Below are positions 29,999-44,362 of a stretch of DNA of 64,000 nt, piece by piece. How positions within the stretch are numbered: the first letter of the stretch is position 1; each line of letters begins with the position of its first letter. The position numbers and the translations under genes were made by a program. Source of the DNA: Eledone cirrhosa (lineage: Eukaryota); assembly GCA_964016885.1 (NCBI GenBank), contig OZ024752.1:3906001-3970000 (forward strand), written 5' to 3'. The notes beneath the pieces were generated by a model. That model had not been told where the DNA came from. It worked only from the letters and a program-made list of their open reading frames with translations, and did not search any database.

Positions 29999-30554
29999 AG
30001 TACACATATATATATAGCTATGTGTGTGTGTATTATATATATGTGTGTGTTTGTGTGTGTGTATATATACATATATGTGTATATATATGTGTGTGTGTGT
30101 ATATATGTGTATGTGTGTATACATATGTGTGTGTGTATATATATATAAGTACATATATATATGTATATATATACACATATGCGTGTGTGTGAATATATGT
30201 ATGTTTTATAAAGAAACAGAGTGAGTGATGGAGGGTCAGGTGGAAAGTGAGACACGACTGACAGGAACAGAGGAAACGGAAATAAACAGTGACACAGCCC
30301 TGAACGTCACAGTTAGCATCATCACTATAACTACCACCATCAACAACAGCAGTAACAAACATCAACTATAACAAATACAATAGTAACAGGGAACAGTTCA
30401 AATTAAAGTAAGACAAGAACTGGGTTGTAATTTTAGTGATTTTATCGTCTCAGCTTACCATTTTTTTACATTGCATCACATGACAGTCAGCTGTCACGTG
30501 AGCGGTTTTGTCGTTGTTTTTCCTTTTATGTATTTCTTTTTGCATATTTATTTG

Positions 30555-30623
<69 letters not shown>

Positions 30624-30748
30624 GTATGTACATATCTGTCTGTGTGTGTCTCTGTTTGTGTGTATGTATATGTATGTGTATATGTATATATTTGTATATA
30701 TATATATGTATATAAATGTATATATATATAAATATATATGTATATATG

Positions 30749-30786
<38 letters not shown>

Positions 30787-30932
30787 AATACAAATATATT
30801 ATATTTCTTAAAATAATTTCTATTATTAAATATTCTTATAATAGGCAGAAAAGTCGAATTTTGTTAAAAAGTGAATTTTCTCTGACACCTAAACTCACAT
30901 ACTCTCTCCTTATCTCACCTTTTTTACACACA

Positions 30933-31040
<108 letters not shown>

Positions 31041-31159
31041 ATTACGTTTCCAAAATCCGTGTTTATAATTATTCTCATTCGTCAGTGTTATTTTCAGTCG
31101 ATTCCCCTTCACATAGGTAGTAATAAAGAAAGCATTAGTAATAAGAAACTATTCTTTCA

Positions 31160-31720
31160 TTTCACTCAGACTGTAAAAGGACGTAACTCCATGCTGCAAA
31201 GCATGGCGTCCCACCCTAATTATAATTGTTACTGCTTTTGGTACAAGGCCAGCAATTCACCAGTACATTACTGGTACTTTATTTTATCGACCCCGTAAGG
31301 ATGAAAGGCAAAGTTAACCTCGGTGGCATTTCAACTCAGAATGGCAAGGGCCGTAACTCTATGCGTCAAAAATATGGCGTCCGACCCTCTACTGATACTG
31401 CCATGACCCCGTAATGATAATTGTTTCTACTTTAGGACAAGGCCAGCAATTAGCCAGTGCATTACTGGTACTTTATTTTATCGACCCCGTAAGGATGAAT
31501 AGTGGGTTGTCAGTATCGGTAGAGTGTTGGACAGCATGCTTTGCGGCATAGTTAAGGCCCTTTACATTTTGAGTTCGAAATCCTGCCGAGGTTAGCTTTA
31601 CCTTTCATTCTTATAGCAAAAGTATAAGAATGAAAGGCAACAGTAATGCACTGGGGTCGATTTAATGGACTTTCCCTTCCCCTTCAAATTTCTGGCTTTG
31701 TGCTTCAAGTAGAAACAATT
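31160..31720. mobile_element. Cluster of dominant SINE copies (three pieces on -, one on +)
   Basis: Consensus SINE core repeated; orientation switches near 31500. Confidence 0.85.
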
Positions 31721-31996
31721 ATAATTTACACTCTTATTTAGGTTATCCTTATGTCATTCGATGTCTGTTGTGTATCAATTCCTACCTGAATGTTCTGGTT
31801 CTTATAAATGGTTGGGGGGGGGGGTCTAGATGATACAATCAACGAAATAGTCTACCACTGAACGTAATGTGCAAGTGGCTGAGCATACCCCTGACGAGCT
31901 AAACCACAGAGGCCTTCAGTGTGACACATTGTCTGACAGTACTAGACTTTGAAATAAAATTCATTTTTGCCAGCTGTGTGGTGCCAGAGAGAGAGA

Positions 31997-32112
<116 letters not shown>

Positions 32113-32268
32113 GAGTGACCGAGAAAGAGTGTGTGTTTCACTGGGGGGGGGGGGTCAAAGTGAAGTTTGTGCGTATACATTCGTGTGTATGTTCGTTGCT
32201 GTTATTTACTAGCAGCAGCAGTAACAGTAGTAGTAGCAGTAGCAGCCGTAGTAGTAGTAGTAGTAGTG

Positions 32269-32356
<88 letters not shown>

Positions 32357-32802
32357 AAGCAGCAGCACTAGTAGCAGTAGTAGTAGTAGTGTCAGTGGTG
32401 GTGGCAATAATTCCATTGGTGTCCGCTCTCGTTTATGAACATGCGAAGTAATATTACTCACTGAGATACGTAAAGATGGTAATTGAAGAAGCATTAACTG
32501 CGAATATGTTTGGAATCACGTCGGATGGAGTGTACCTGTTATTCAAAGCCTTGTCGCACAATATCGTATGCTGAACCATACTGCGCCGGCGCTTGAACGA
32601 ATTTTAATTTCAAGAGAAGCATGTCCCATTGATCAAACAACTGGGACTCTTATTGCCGACAACGATGGCTGTCTATATACACACACACGTATATTTATGT
32701 ATATACAGGATGTCCCCAAAAATGTATACACATATTTATTAGAATGCTGTTGAAGTATGTATACATTTTTGGAACAGCCTGTGTGTGTATATATATATAT
32801 AT

Positions 32803-33112
32803 GGCAGGAGGTATACGTTGCTGACGATAGCTAATAAGCTTGAAACTAGTACAGCGTTCCTTTGTCAGTGTTGAACAAACGAGCAACGATGGTTGTTAGA
32901 CACTACGGCTTAATACGGGATGTTTGTTTACAAACACACCGAGCATTATAATAAATGTTCGGTGAATCCATACGTACATATATATGTGCATGTATGTATA
33001 TATATACATACTACTGTACGTCTGTATACATATATGTATGTACGTGTACATACTTGTATTTAATTAACAGCCGTACTAAGAGTGGGAAATGAAATTTCGT
33101 TTCATTTTTTCC

Positions 33113-33115
<3 letters not shown>
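32803..33115 (+). mobile_element. Family C HHR element, forward unit
   Basis: Homologous to 18993-19300 (-) and 19483-19690 (+). Between TA repeats. Confidence 0.8.
32815..32857 (+). ncRNA. Minimal type I hammerhead ribozyme (family C)
   Basis: ACGTTG-CTGACGA-TAGCT-AATA-AGCTT-GAAA-CTAG-TA/CAGCGT. Confidence 0.85.
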
Positions 33116-33143
<28 letters not shown>

Positions 33144-33241
33144 AGCAAAAGGGATATTTAATTTGTTGGATATCCAGGAAAAACTCGAACCGTTAAGATC
33201 TTCTTCCTGGTTATGTCAATATTTATCAAACAAACTTTGTA

Positions 33242-33298
33242 TTTTATCTGATGAGAGTGTACCAAAGTTTTGGTATCCTTGAAATATATATAATAGAA
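33242..33298 (+). ncRNA. Minimal type I hammerhead ribozyme (family A, within element 33143-33345)
   Basis: TTTTAT-CTGATGA-GAGTGTACCAAA-GT-TTTGGTATCCTT-GAAA-TATATA-TA/ATAGAA, overlapping AATAAA. Confidence 0.8.
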
Positions 33299-33354
33299 TA
33301 AATATGGTTTTATAAATATAGTTTCCATTTATTTAATATCATTGAATATATATA

Positions 33355-33387
<33 letters not shown>

Positions 33388-34201
33388 GTATATATATATA
33401 CGCATACAAATGAGTCTGAACGTGTTTGTCTGGGTTCCTTTATATAACAGAGTGTGGGTGTGTGTGTATGTATGTGTATGAGTTATATCTCTAAGCCAAG
33501 AAGCGTATGAGTGTAAGCGGATGTGTCTATCTGTAGGGTGTTCTTCCTCTCATTTCGTTTAATCCCATGCTTGACGCCCCTACCGCCCCCAACCTCCTAC
33601 CTGGCATTCGTGTTAAATTAAAGGAAAACTCAGCCCCTTGTCATATGCCACTTGATAAACGTGACAGCCTGAACATCTTCTCAAGCAGGTAGAGCCTGTG
33701 GCACTGACTCCTCCAACCCATTCAAACAGCCCTGTGTTGGGACATCTGTGTTATACTGGGTCTTTCATCTAAATAAAAGGGGTAAACCCATAGCCTGGAG
33801 ACAGTTACAGACATATTTGAGAGAAAAGTTGGTGATAAAACAGAAAATATTTGAGGGAGAAGAGATTATGGTAGTAAGTTGGAAATAGTATTTAGTCTGA
33901 ATTGAAGGGTGTCAGCATATTGTAAGTATTATTGATTGTTTTAATAAGGTTTTGTGAAAATTGCTCCAAACCACTCGTCAAATTTTGAATCAGTCAACTA
34001 ATATGAGACGGAAGATTTTAAAATATTTTCCTCCGTCGCAACAGAGGTCTGTCATTGTAGTTACTGTTGTCATCGTCGTAATCTTGCTGGTCGGCCATGG
34101 TTGAATTGATGAGATTTTTGCTGTCGCAGCAATATCATGGCTTCCGAACACAATTGAAGAAAATATAAAACTAGTAGACATTCTAATGATGTAGTAATGG
34201 A

Positions 34202-34261
<60 letters not shown>

Positions 34262-34270
<9 letters not shown>

Positions 34271-34739
34271 CGTTTCTGAGTTTGTTTAGCAAGATTCTTT
34301 ATCTGAAAACGTGTGTTGAAACCGATATTGTTATACTTTGGGAGGGTCATGTTGCCAATAAGAAACACACGCACCAGTTGGTTGCTTTCACTTCAATTTA
34401 TTATAATAAATTTATAAATTTAGGAATTTATAAATTTCCGGTTGGTTGGTTGGTTCCACAACCAGATGGTTGTTTATATATTGTCAAAGTTCTTTCGTCA
34501 CACATTCTGTGACCTCTTCAGTGACTGGGGATTATTTTCTTTGTTTTTGTGCCTCTCCTTTGTTCTGTCCTACGTCATTTTGTTTCTGTGTGTATGTTGT
34601 GTGCTCAGTCTGCGCATGCGCCACATCCGGGTGTCTGTGTGTGTTTATATTCGTTTATTTATTTGTTTATTTACATGTTACAGGTTGGTTGTTTGCTCTA
34701 TGTGCGTGTGTGTTTTCATTTTGTCCTTAATTGTAAGTT
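34262..34739 (-). mobile_element. Solo copy of the 3' UTR/pLTR of the PLE at 1163-1980
   Basis: Close reverse-complement match to ~1511-1980. Confidence 0.9.
34483..34525 (-). ncRNA. Minimal type I hammerhead ribozyme
   Basis: GTCA-CTGAAGA-G-GTCAC-AGAATGT-GTGAC-GAAA-GAAC-TT/TGAC. Confidence 0.75.
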
Positions 34740-34744
34740 ACAAT

Positions 34745-34815
34745 TCTTCTGAAGATCCCGTTAAGGGTGAAAGCAGCGATTCTTTGCTTAAACTTTAATC
34801 TGTTATTTTAATTAA

Positions 34816-34903
<88 letters not shown>

Positions 34904-35043
34904 GTAATAATAATAAATTTGAAGATTAAAATCCAAAGAGGGCTCGATAAGGATAAATATATATCAAATATATAAGAACCGTAGAGCAAATATTTATTAA
35001 AATAACAGATTAAAGTTTAAGCAAAGAATCGCTGCTTTCACCC
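34745..35043. mobile_element. Family B inverted pair around (TA)n, starting with an HHR-like core
   Basis: CTGAAGA-TCCC-GTTAA-GGGT-GAAA at 34749; inverted copy at 34902-35043. Confidence 0.7.
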
Positions 35044-36525
35044 AGTGTAAGCGGTACAGAGTTCTTCCCTCATCACCTCCACAGTCTCCATCCTATCCTC
35101 CGTAGGATCAGCATAGAATTTGTTCCTTGGCAGCCTTCAGGTATTCTCTGGCTGCACACACTTTTGTGTCTGCAGAGCTGACGTGCTTCCCTTTGTTCTT
35201 TCTCCGCCACTGCATTGGCGAAGTGCCCGTACCTCCTCGTCACACTCTACTCAGTCCATCCAATCTCTCTCTCCTCTGTCTCTCCACACAGAACACTGAA
35301 CCTGTTCCTCACTTCCACTGTGAACCTCTCCAGTAGCTTATCATCTTCCTTGAAAGCTCCCCAGTCATAGATTGCTCTCCGGGCTGTGCCTTGCTCTTTC
35401 TTAAGCTCACCAGGACCTCACTCATAACAAGCCGGTGGTCACTACCCAGTGTATTGAAATAGTTGTATGTTTCTGTGTTCAGAACACTATTCCGCCACTT
35501 TTTCCTCACCAGAAGGAAATCAATCTGGGACTAGGACAGGTGCATATCTGGGATGTAGGTCCACATCTTCCCCGGATTCTTCCTAAACCTTAGGTTGGTT
35601 GCTATCAAGTTCGCCTCCAGCAGGGTGTCTCTCAGTAGTCTTCCATTTCGGTTGGTGTTGTTATGGAAGTACCAGCAAGGATCTTCACTGCCCTCCTTAC
35701 TCGAATGTGCATTGAAGTCCCCCAAAACAAGCAGGATGTTGTGTACTTGTTTGGTGTTGACAGCTCTACACACCTCCTCATGGAACTCTTCCGCACTCAC
35801 ATCACTGTCTCCCTCGGTTGGACTATAGGCTGAGATGACTGTCAGTCTTGGGTTTCCATTGAAGGTCACCCTCAACACTCGCGGCGAGACAATAGACTGG
35901 TTTTTGTGCTGAAAACAAAACCCACTCCTCCCACTGCAGCATTGGTCTTGTTCCTCACTGCCGATATGGGGTTGAGCTGGCTCATCTTCCCAATCATCAC
36001 ACTCCTCACAGGCTCATCATGTAGGATCCTGTGTTCTTGGATCGCAAGTATCTGTATACCACTCTCCTCGAACAGATGTCCCAACTCCTGTCTCTTCTCC
36101 AGCGTCCGAATAGTCCTCACATTCAAAGTGCCCATTTTGATCGCTCTTCTGCAGGACAAAACTACATTCTTTATATTTGTCTCAGAGACAGTTGATCCAT
36201 CATCCACTGGCCCGCCCTCTGGCTCTAAACCAGCAGAGTCATAACGACCAGACTGCTCCTTGACAGTGTAATTAGGGGCTATAACCCTACTGCTGTTAAT
36301 AGACTCTCCATATTTCTTTTCAATGGCTGACAATACCTTACCGGCGCCACTCGAATAAGGTAGTTATTTAACCCATAAATGGGGCCCTAACAGGTACTAC
36401 TACTCCGGGCCAGAGCAGACTTGGGAGTTATGACAGCTATGGGGCAACTACACATTCCTCACAGGTCCTGAACTCCCGAACTGGAGCCTTGTCACTGGAT
36501 GTAGTTTAATGTCATACCCAGGACA
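35044..36525 (-). mobile_element. RTE-clade LINE 5' portion (putative 5' UTR plus APE endonuclease), frameshifted and 3'-truncated
   Basis: GTLNVRT..ILAIQEHR..GGVGF / ISAYSPT..LGDFNAH..TNRNG..WTY / IDFLLVRKKWRNSV..GSDHRLV. All APE motifs in order. Confidence 0.9.
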
Positions 36526-36571
<46 letters not shown>

Positions 36572-39500
36572 TACACACACACGTGTGTGCTTTTGTGTGG
36601 ATGTATATATCCATGGCTTTTTTATATTATTGTGAGTGTGTTTTGAACATTTATTTCATCAGCTGACATATTTGAAGTGACGGGAGCAAATATCTTCCTA
36701 TACGATATATTTATATTGCAACAGCTACAATAGCTAAATTAATGTTAATATATTTAATGTCCAAAACATTAGAAATCTAACTTGAAGTAATTATACGTGG
36801 AGGAATATTATCAATATTAGGCAAAACCCAACATTATATTTGTGTCTCTAATAAGTGCATGAGGTAACAATAGAACAGTCTTGATCTCATTCTGACCTAA
36901 TCTGAGAAACATAGTCAAATTATTGATGAAAGTATCTGCCAAATTATTATTGAAAGGAACAGTAACTAAATGTATAAGGTTATAAGATTTCTTATTTGAC
37001 GAAGGAAAAAATGTTTCGAACTTAAATAATTCAGAGACACCATCACCATTAAAAGCAATAATCAAATTAGTGTTAGTATATATAATGTATGACGTATTTA
37101 GAATTTAAATAGAAATAATTATACGCTTTGTAAGAAGAGTATTTGTCAATGACTATTATTATTTTTCTTTATTCGTTAAGTAGTAGAGCCATCTGAATCG
37201 GTCTTATTAATGCCCTCGGCAAGTGGCATTGACTTACCCATACTTGTTGAAATAATGATGAAAGATTTACTTAGTAAATCGACAATCTTCTTCATTTGTT
37301 GACGTACGATATATAGAATTACTTTCCTTCATAACTCTACTCTCTTTAATATCCAAAATGGCATACGTCAATTTTCAAGTGATTCAACAATTCCATTCTT
37401 TGATATAAATGTCAGAATAAGAATCAATGCATTTATGAAATTTATTACATTACTATACATACACACACACACACACTCAAACGAAAAAATAATCATACTA
37501 ATAAAGACTATACATTCCTGTGGCTAGCGAAATTCCACATAGGTATAAATTTTCAGTCATAAAATCCGTGTGCAGAAGGACTTTTACATTTTTCCTCTAC
37601 AAAAGAAATACTAATAACAGACATTCAAATAATTTAGTAGGTCAGATTATACACTAACAACCGAGTAACAAATTCAACACTATAAATGCAACAGACAACA
37701 ACTAGTAGGGGAAAAAGGAAGAAACTAGTATTCGATGTATTATATGAACGAACTTCATTTCGACTATAGAATACTTGAACATATTATCATGATACTCATT
37801 AAATAGAAAACCATACATTATACCTAATCATAAAATGGTAGTAATAGTATATTACAAGAACTGGAAAACTAAAAACAAGCTCACCAACTGCATGCTTGCA
37901 AGTCATTAAATTATCTTCAGATAACCAACGTAGTTTACAAATTCAGATGTAAACATGGAAGCTATAAACATGGTTCTAACTGGCCAGAAATATACCATGC
38001 CTGCTTTTAAAATTGCATCTACTATACATCTATAACAAGTAATCAATGTAGATTTTATAACATCACACAAAATATTATAAGTTTTTCTCTAAGCAGCCGT
38101 TCAACATGCAAGAAAGAGTAGGCAAATCTGCCTCCAAATCACATGATAATACATACTATGAAATGTTCTCCGATAAACAGATATAGGTTTTTTTAATTAA
38201 TGAAAATGGTAACGAATATAATACATTTGACAATAAATTCACTGTCCTCTAGATAAAGAATGTAGAATGCAACTGTCCCTTGAAAATATGACATGGTCAT
38301 GAAAGCTATTTTAATAGAGAAATATAACAGCCTTAGGTACACAAAGAGTATATGATTGTTACAAATATACCAGACAACTCAGTAAATCAATATTATGATT
38401 GCTGAACCTGATGTTAGGTGTCATACAATCTTAATGTAGTTGACTATAATGAAGGAGATACAGTCGTAGCTGAGTTTCCATGAATATCACCTGCAAGTAC
38501 AATGATCTGTTCAGATATGGGCTTGCTGGTATATTGCACACTTCTCATGTTCAACTGTTTCCTGTTCCGTTGGAAATTAATAGTGAAACTCTTTTCTCAC
38601 CATTCTGCACAACAGCTTAGTTATATCTATAGTCCGTGGCTTTATCTAACTCATTTTTATAATGAAAGGTTTCGATTTTCTGACATCACACAACAGTTTG
38701 CACCGTCATTCTACTGTAGAATCCTAAATGCACCTCTAAAGTAGTGATAATATCAGGTAAAACTCTTTTTATCATACGTATGCCCGATCTGGATTTACAT
38801 TCAACTCAGTCGAAAAAGAAACGCAGGACCTCATGGGTGTATTTCAGATTCAAAGCCTGGCATCTCATTAAGCAAGGAGGACAAACTTGAAATGTGTCCT
38901 ATTCACTAGTAAATGGAGGTGATAGAAGGTTGGATAAATCATCACATAATACTAACAAAATTCAGATTGTATTTCCGCTCTTTATATTGTTCAAGAGCAC
39001 TATACCTTTACTACTCTCAATCTGTTAAAGCTTTAGGAACTGCTATGAACAACAAATGTCCCTCTTTATGATGCTGCAGACGAAACTATCAGATTCAGGG
39101 TATAATGGCATCAAAACCAATCCAATGAGAAATACAACACAATTAGTTGTCTGTTAAATGATATGCACAATGATCACAGAACAACTGGCGGTAGTTTCTT
39201 ATTGCAAAAATGCAGTGGCAGGTTTTTACGCGTGAACCACCATTTGGCTTATAAATAATTAATTATGTGGTGTAAAACACAAGAAGTGCAAGTACATACA
39301 GACTAACGTCATACAGACTGACGTCATACAGACTATTTGTATGATACGATAGTCACGCCCTTTGACTCAAGGAATGGCTCCATGATACCAGACAGGTCAT
39401 CAGGCAGCAGATCTTTACTGAAACAGGAACCTAGACAAGAATTAAGACTGTAAAGGACCATACAACACGTCTCTTAACATGTGGAAACCAGCGTAGTTAA

Positions 39501-39699
39501 ACTAGCTCCAAAAGAAGCCGTAACTAGAGGACTTAATAGTTATGGAATTTTATGTATCTCTAGTCATCCATTATTTTAACGAAGCACCGAACTTTTCCAA
39601 AGATCATGTTCCCAGTAAAACACTAAAAAAGAAGGAAATATCTTAAACTAGACAACATTCCAGCAAATCATTTGAAGGAGAGTGTTGATCGCTTTACAA

Positions 39700-40420
39700 G
39701 AGCACGTCATTGCTTCATTACAGAAACGTGAAACCTAAACATTGAAAGGAAGATAATCTGTTTATTTCTTGAGAGTTTCTGGACAAGGCCATTCTCAATA
39801 GACTGATACGATCAATATTAGAAACAATAACACCAGTTTTGAAGTGCAGTTGTCAGAGAGGAAAAGATATTACCGACATTGTCTTTTATACGGTGTAACT
39901 TCAATGGTGAGGCAAGAAACATAATCAGGATCTTATTTCATTTCTCAAAGTCTTTTGACACTGTAAACATGGAACGTGTATGAGATGTTCTCAGAAACTG
40001 TGGTTGTTCGCCAGTTTCATGAATCTAGCACGCCAGTTCTACACTAGAATGATGGTAAAAATTGTTGTGTGGTGTCAAAAATATAAATCTTTCATTATAA
40101 AAATTAGATAAAGCTGCGGAGTTTTTAAAACGTCACTCATTAGTATGACCAAGCTGTTAGGCAGAATAAGGAGAAAAGAGGGGATATTCACTATTAATTT
40201 CCAACGGAACAGGAAACGTTTGAACATGAGAAGTGTGCAACTACCTCTAAGCCAATATCTTAACAGATTACTTTGCTACAGTTTAACTAATGTAGCTCAC
40301 ACTCCGGAGTTTCTGATGGTTAAAAAAACACAAATAAAAAAGCTTATGTTGAAACTTGATATCCAGAAAACTAAAGTCATCTTATTGCTTCGACCACCAT
40401 CCCAGGCCTGGCTACCCGTA
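39700..40420 (+). mobile_element. Highly decayed RTE-type reverse transcriptase fragment
   Basis: ILNRLIRSILETITP..DITDIVF..LQ and SKSFDTVNMERV*DVLRNCGCS..NLARQFY resemble RTE RT domains 2-3. Confidence 0.65.
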
Positions 40421-42389
40421 TAGAAGGCAAGCGAAATACAGGAATTTTACCAACCTCTTCCTTTATCTGTTAGTTTCTGTCGAAATAACCGCTGTTCTCA
40501 AACTCCCACTTTCATCCACAAAATCGGGAAGAGAGTATCCTGTCTGAAAAAGGAGCCCCATGGCGAGGAATATTTGTTCTTTATCTTCTCTCTTCCTGCC
40601 CCTGGGCAGGCTATATGAACATGTGTTCATTTATTTGTATGCGATTCCTGTTAGCAAGGCTTTTAAATAGTCCCTCCTCTAATCTCTGTCAATTACCATA
40701 GCGTCCATATGACGTAATATAACAGTTGATTTTTTCATAGTAATAAATAAGAATCTTAACGAATCATATTGAACCCTAACCCCCAGTGAGCTTCGTCTTG
40801 CCCTATAAGGCTCAACCTTTGTCGTATGTTGTTATTTTTTCTGCTTATTTTGCTTCCGAATAGGTTTTGCCAATTTTCTTTGCGCATTTTATACACAATT
40901 TTATTCCATCTTTTTGACTAACTTTGAAATGTGCGGTAGAAACGCTGAGAAAAGATTGTGTGGTATTAAATGAGTTTAGAATCTTATTCTTTCTTTTTCT
41001 TTGGTTGGGTATGCTCTGTGATTACCTCTGTCTTTGTCTATCTATCTATGTTTTCCTTAGAGACATCTCTGAAACTTTCTACCCATAACCACATTGAGCT
41101 TTGTATAAAACAATTTAGCACTCATATACTCTCCTATATAGTTCTCAACATGCAAATAGTTATATTTTTACAGTTGCTTTATATATATATATATATATAT
41201 ATACAGAGGGTGAGGGGTGTTTTGTACGATAAACTATATAGATAGAATTAGATTTCATATATTTAAGAGTATATATATTCGATGGAAGTTCATGAATTCT
41301 CAGCTGACAATAAAAGATTTAGGGAAAATAAAATGTTTACTATTATTGTGGAACCCTAACACCTAATTTTATCAGCTGAAATTTATGTACAAACGGGAGA
41401 ATCTCGGAGTATCTTCAGAGTGAAGCATCAATTTTCTTTTCCATTATAGTCTCTTTCATGTACACATTATCAACCTAACTCTCTCTCTCTCTCTCTTGAT
41501 CTCTTACATATTTTTAGTTTTCCCTCAATCTACCTGATACTTTTCCCGCCATTTTTCTAGTTGTTTCTTATTCTCTTACACATTCACTGTCCTTATATTA
41601 CTCTCTCATCAATAGCATCTCTTTTTGTCTTTCTATCTTTCTTCATTTATTCTTTTGCATATTCAGCAATGTTGTCATACCATCTCACAAGAATATTGTC
41701 ATTAAATCTCTGACACAATTTTTTCTCTTTATCGTTTTATTCTCTTGCACCTTTCTCACTCTTTCTTTCTTTCGCTTTTATTCTCTCTTTCTCCCTCTCC
41801 CTGTTTCTCTATCTTTCTTTATTATCTCTCTCTTTCTCTCACTCTATTTCTCTCTCCCTCTTATTCTCTCTCTCCCTCTCCCTCTCTCTCTCTCTCTCAT
41901 GTACACATATTGTCCTGTTCTCTCGCTTTGTCATTGTTTTTCATACATATTGCTTTGAGATAGCAAGCAATAAGAAAGAAATCATTCTCTAAGTTAACTG
42001 TTCCAAAAAATCGTTGCCTGGCAAATATTGGATTGAAAACTGAAGTGGCAATGGTAATATATAGCTTAGTAGGTCTTTGAGGTGAGAGTTGAACAATATT
42101 CACCGAACACAGTTTCGCCTGAAGGAATTCTCAAAGAGAAATTGGTGCCAAAACGTTTATAACTTAATTTGCATTCTGCTGAGAATTTAAAAGAAAGATC
42201 TATTTCTTGTTCTGCTTGTCGTAGTCGACATTGCTAAGAGTGCTGTTGTTGTTATTGTTGTTGTTGTTGTTTCTAGTGGTTGCTGTTGTTGTTGTTGTTT
42301 CTAGTGGTTTTTATTTTATTTATTTATTTTATTTTATGTGTTATGTTGCCATTGCTTTTTGTTTGTTTTTTGTTGCTGCTGTTGTTTGA

Positions 42390-42401
42390 CGTAGTAGTAG
42401 C

Positions 42402-42482
<81 letters not shown>

Positions 42483-42549
42483 GGGGGTTGTGGTGGTGGT
42501 GGTGGTGGTGGTGGTGGTGGTGGTAGTGGTGGTAGTAGTGGTGGTGGTG

Positions 42550-42616
<67 letters not shown>

Positions 42617-42705
42617 CAATAGTAGTAGCGGTGGTAGTAGTGGTGGTGGTAGTAGTAGTAGTGGTAGTGGTAGTAGTAGTGGTATTGGTAGAAGTGGTAG
42701 AAGTA
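42390..42705. repeat. (GTA)n/(GTG)n compound microsatellite
   Basis: Directly visible. A similar (AGT)n tract lies at 32210-32400. Confidence 0.95.
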
Positions 42706-43749
42706 GTTTTTAAGATTGTAGGGTGTAAAGACGTTGGAGATGAGGGGGTGGTGTTGTGGTGTTTGTCATCGACTTGATGGTTTGTTGATGATGGATTTGA
42801 TGATTCTGTTGCTGAATCCATGACAACTATGATAAAGAGGATTTGTAATCAAAGGTTATTCCAACCATGACCATCTCTTCTCATAGGATTGTCTGATATA
42901 GCGTATGTTTTTTTTGTTTTTTTTTAGACTACATCCTGAGATTTGAGAGAGATGTCAAACAAGTCGAGCGTCCGCCCAGAGGCCCTTCATTCGTAATGCT
43001 AATGTTTAGTTCCAGGCTGGACTCGATCGAGAAATCACATGATCGAAGATATTCCAGCGGTGACATTTCCCATTTTTTGTTCTTATGCGGAAGGAACTTT
43101 GGACTCCGTTAATCAAGATGTCTTGTTTAAAGTGGTAATATGTCATTGAATGGAAATTTACCTGCTATTTCTAGCATTTTTTGCAACCACTTCGCGGCAC
43201 ACACTTAGATTTTTTTTGTTTTGCTGTGGTTGATGAGTGCTGATGTTGGTGACGGTTGTGATGGTAGTAATACAATTGTTGTTGAAATGTTGTTGGTGAT
43301 GGGTAGTAGTGTCGTTATTGAAAATGACACTATAGTTGTTCTTGTATTTGTGCTTTTCGAGCCCCAGGCCAGTCCTAATCAAGCAGACCTTTGATCTAAT
43401 GTGCCGGCCTCTCCCAAGGCAAACGTATTATTATTTCGTGTCTATATCAAATTTTTCCGCTGTTTTACACAATGTTGTAATTGAAAATAGATTGAAAATT
43501 GCATAGCACAATTATCCTCAGTAGACAGTTTAAAGCGATTTGGCTGTTCTTTGGGAAAGGATAGTGACCGCTATTTCTAGTAATCGACCAACTGTATATA
43601 GGTTTCATTGTTGGCTCGTGTTGTTCTTGTTATTGCTGTTATTGTTGCTCTTGCAGACCTGCCAACCTCTAAAAACCCAAATGGGAAGTACCATGAAAAA
43701 GGTGCTCAAACATGGGGGAAAATGAGGCAAAATGGGAAGATTTATATAT

Positions 43750-43868
43750 AATTGTTTCTACTTTAGGCACAAGGCCAGCAATTACCCAGTATATTACTGG
43801 TACTTTATTTTATCGACCCCGTAAGGATGAAAGGCAAAGTCAACCTCGGCGGGATTTGAACTCAGAAT
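43750..43868 (-). mobile_element. Partial dominant SINE
   Basis: Core and tail of the consensus. Other partial copies at ~22615-22725 (+) and ~44955-45110 (+). Confidence 0.85.
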
Positions 43869-44200
43869 GGGAAGATGTATATATAATGAAAGCTATACCT
43901 TTTACAAAGACTATTTCAAATCTCGCCGTCGGACGGTCGGCTGCTGTTGCTGCTGGTTGTGGTGATTGTATAGTTGTTATTGATTACCAGATCATTCCTG
44001 ATAGATTAGATATGGCACCGAATACATTCCCGCCATGGTTATCACTATTTTTTAATTGTATTTTTTTTTTTTCTTTTACAGATTAGGGAATTTTGAAATG
44101 CAAGAATTTCCAATGTATTTTTCACTTTCTTAAGTCATTATCGTGTCGTAGTATGAAGTAAATTTCGCTGTATTTTTCTGGCAGATCAAGTGATCCCATA

Positions 44201-44362
<162 letters not shown>

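Noticed and set aside
39294-39334. 15-bp triplicated repeat containing TGACGTCA
   Set aside because: Local slippage duplication; a single CRE-like site is not evidence of function.
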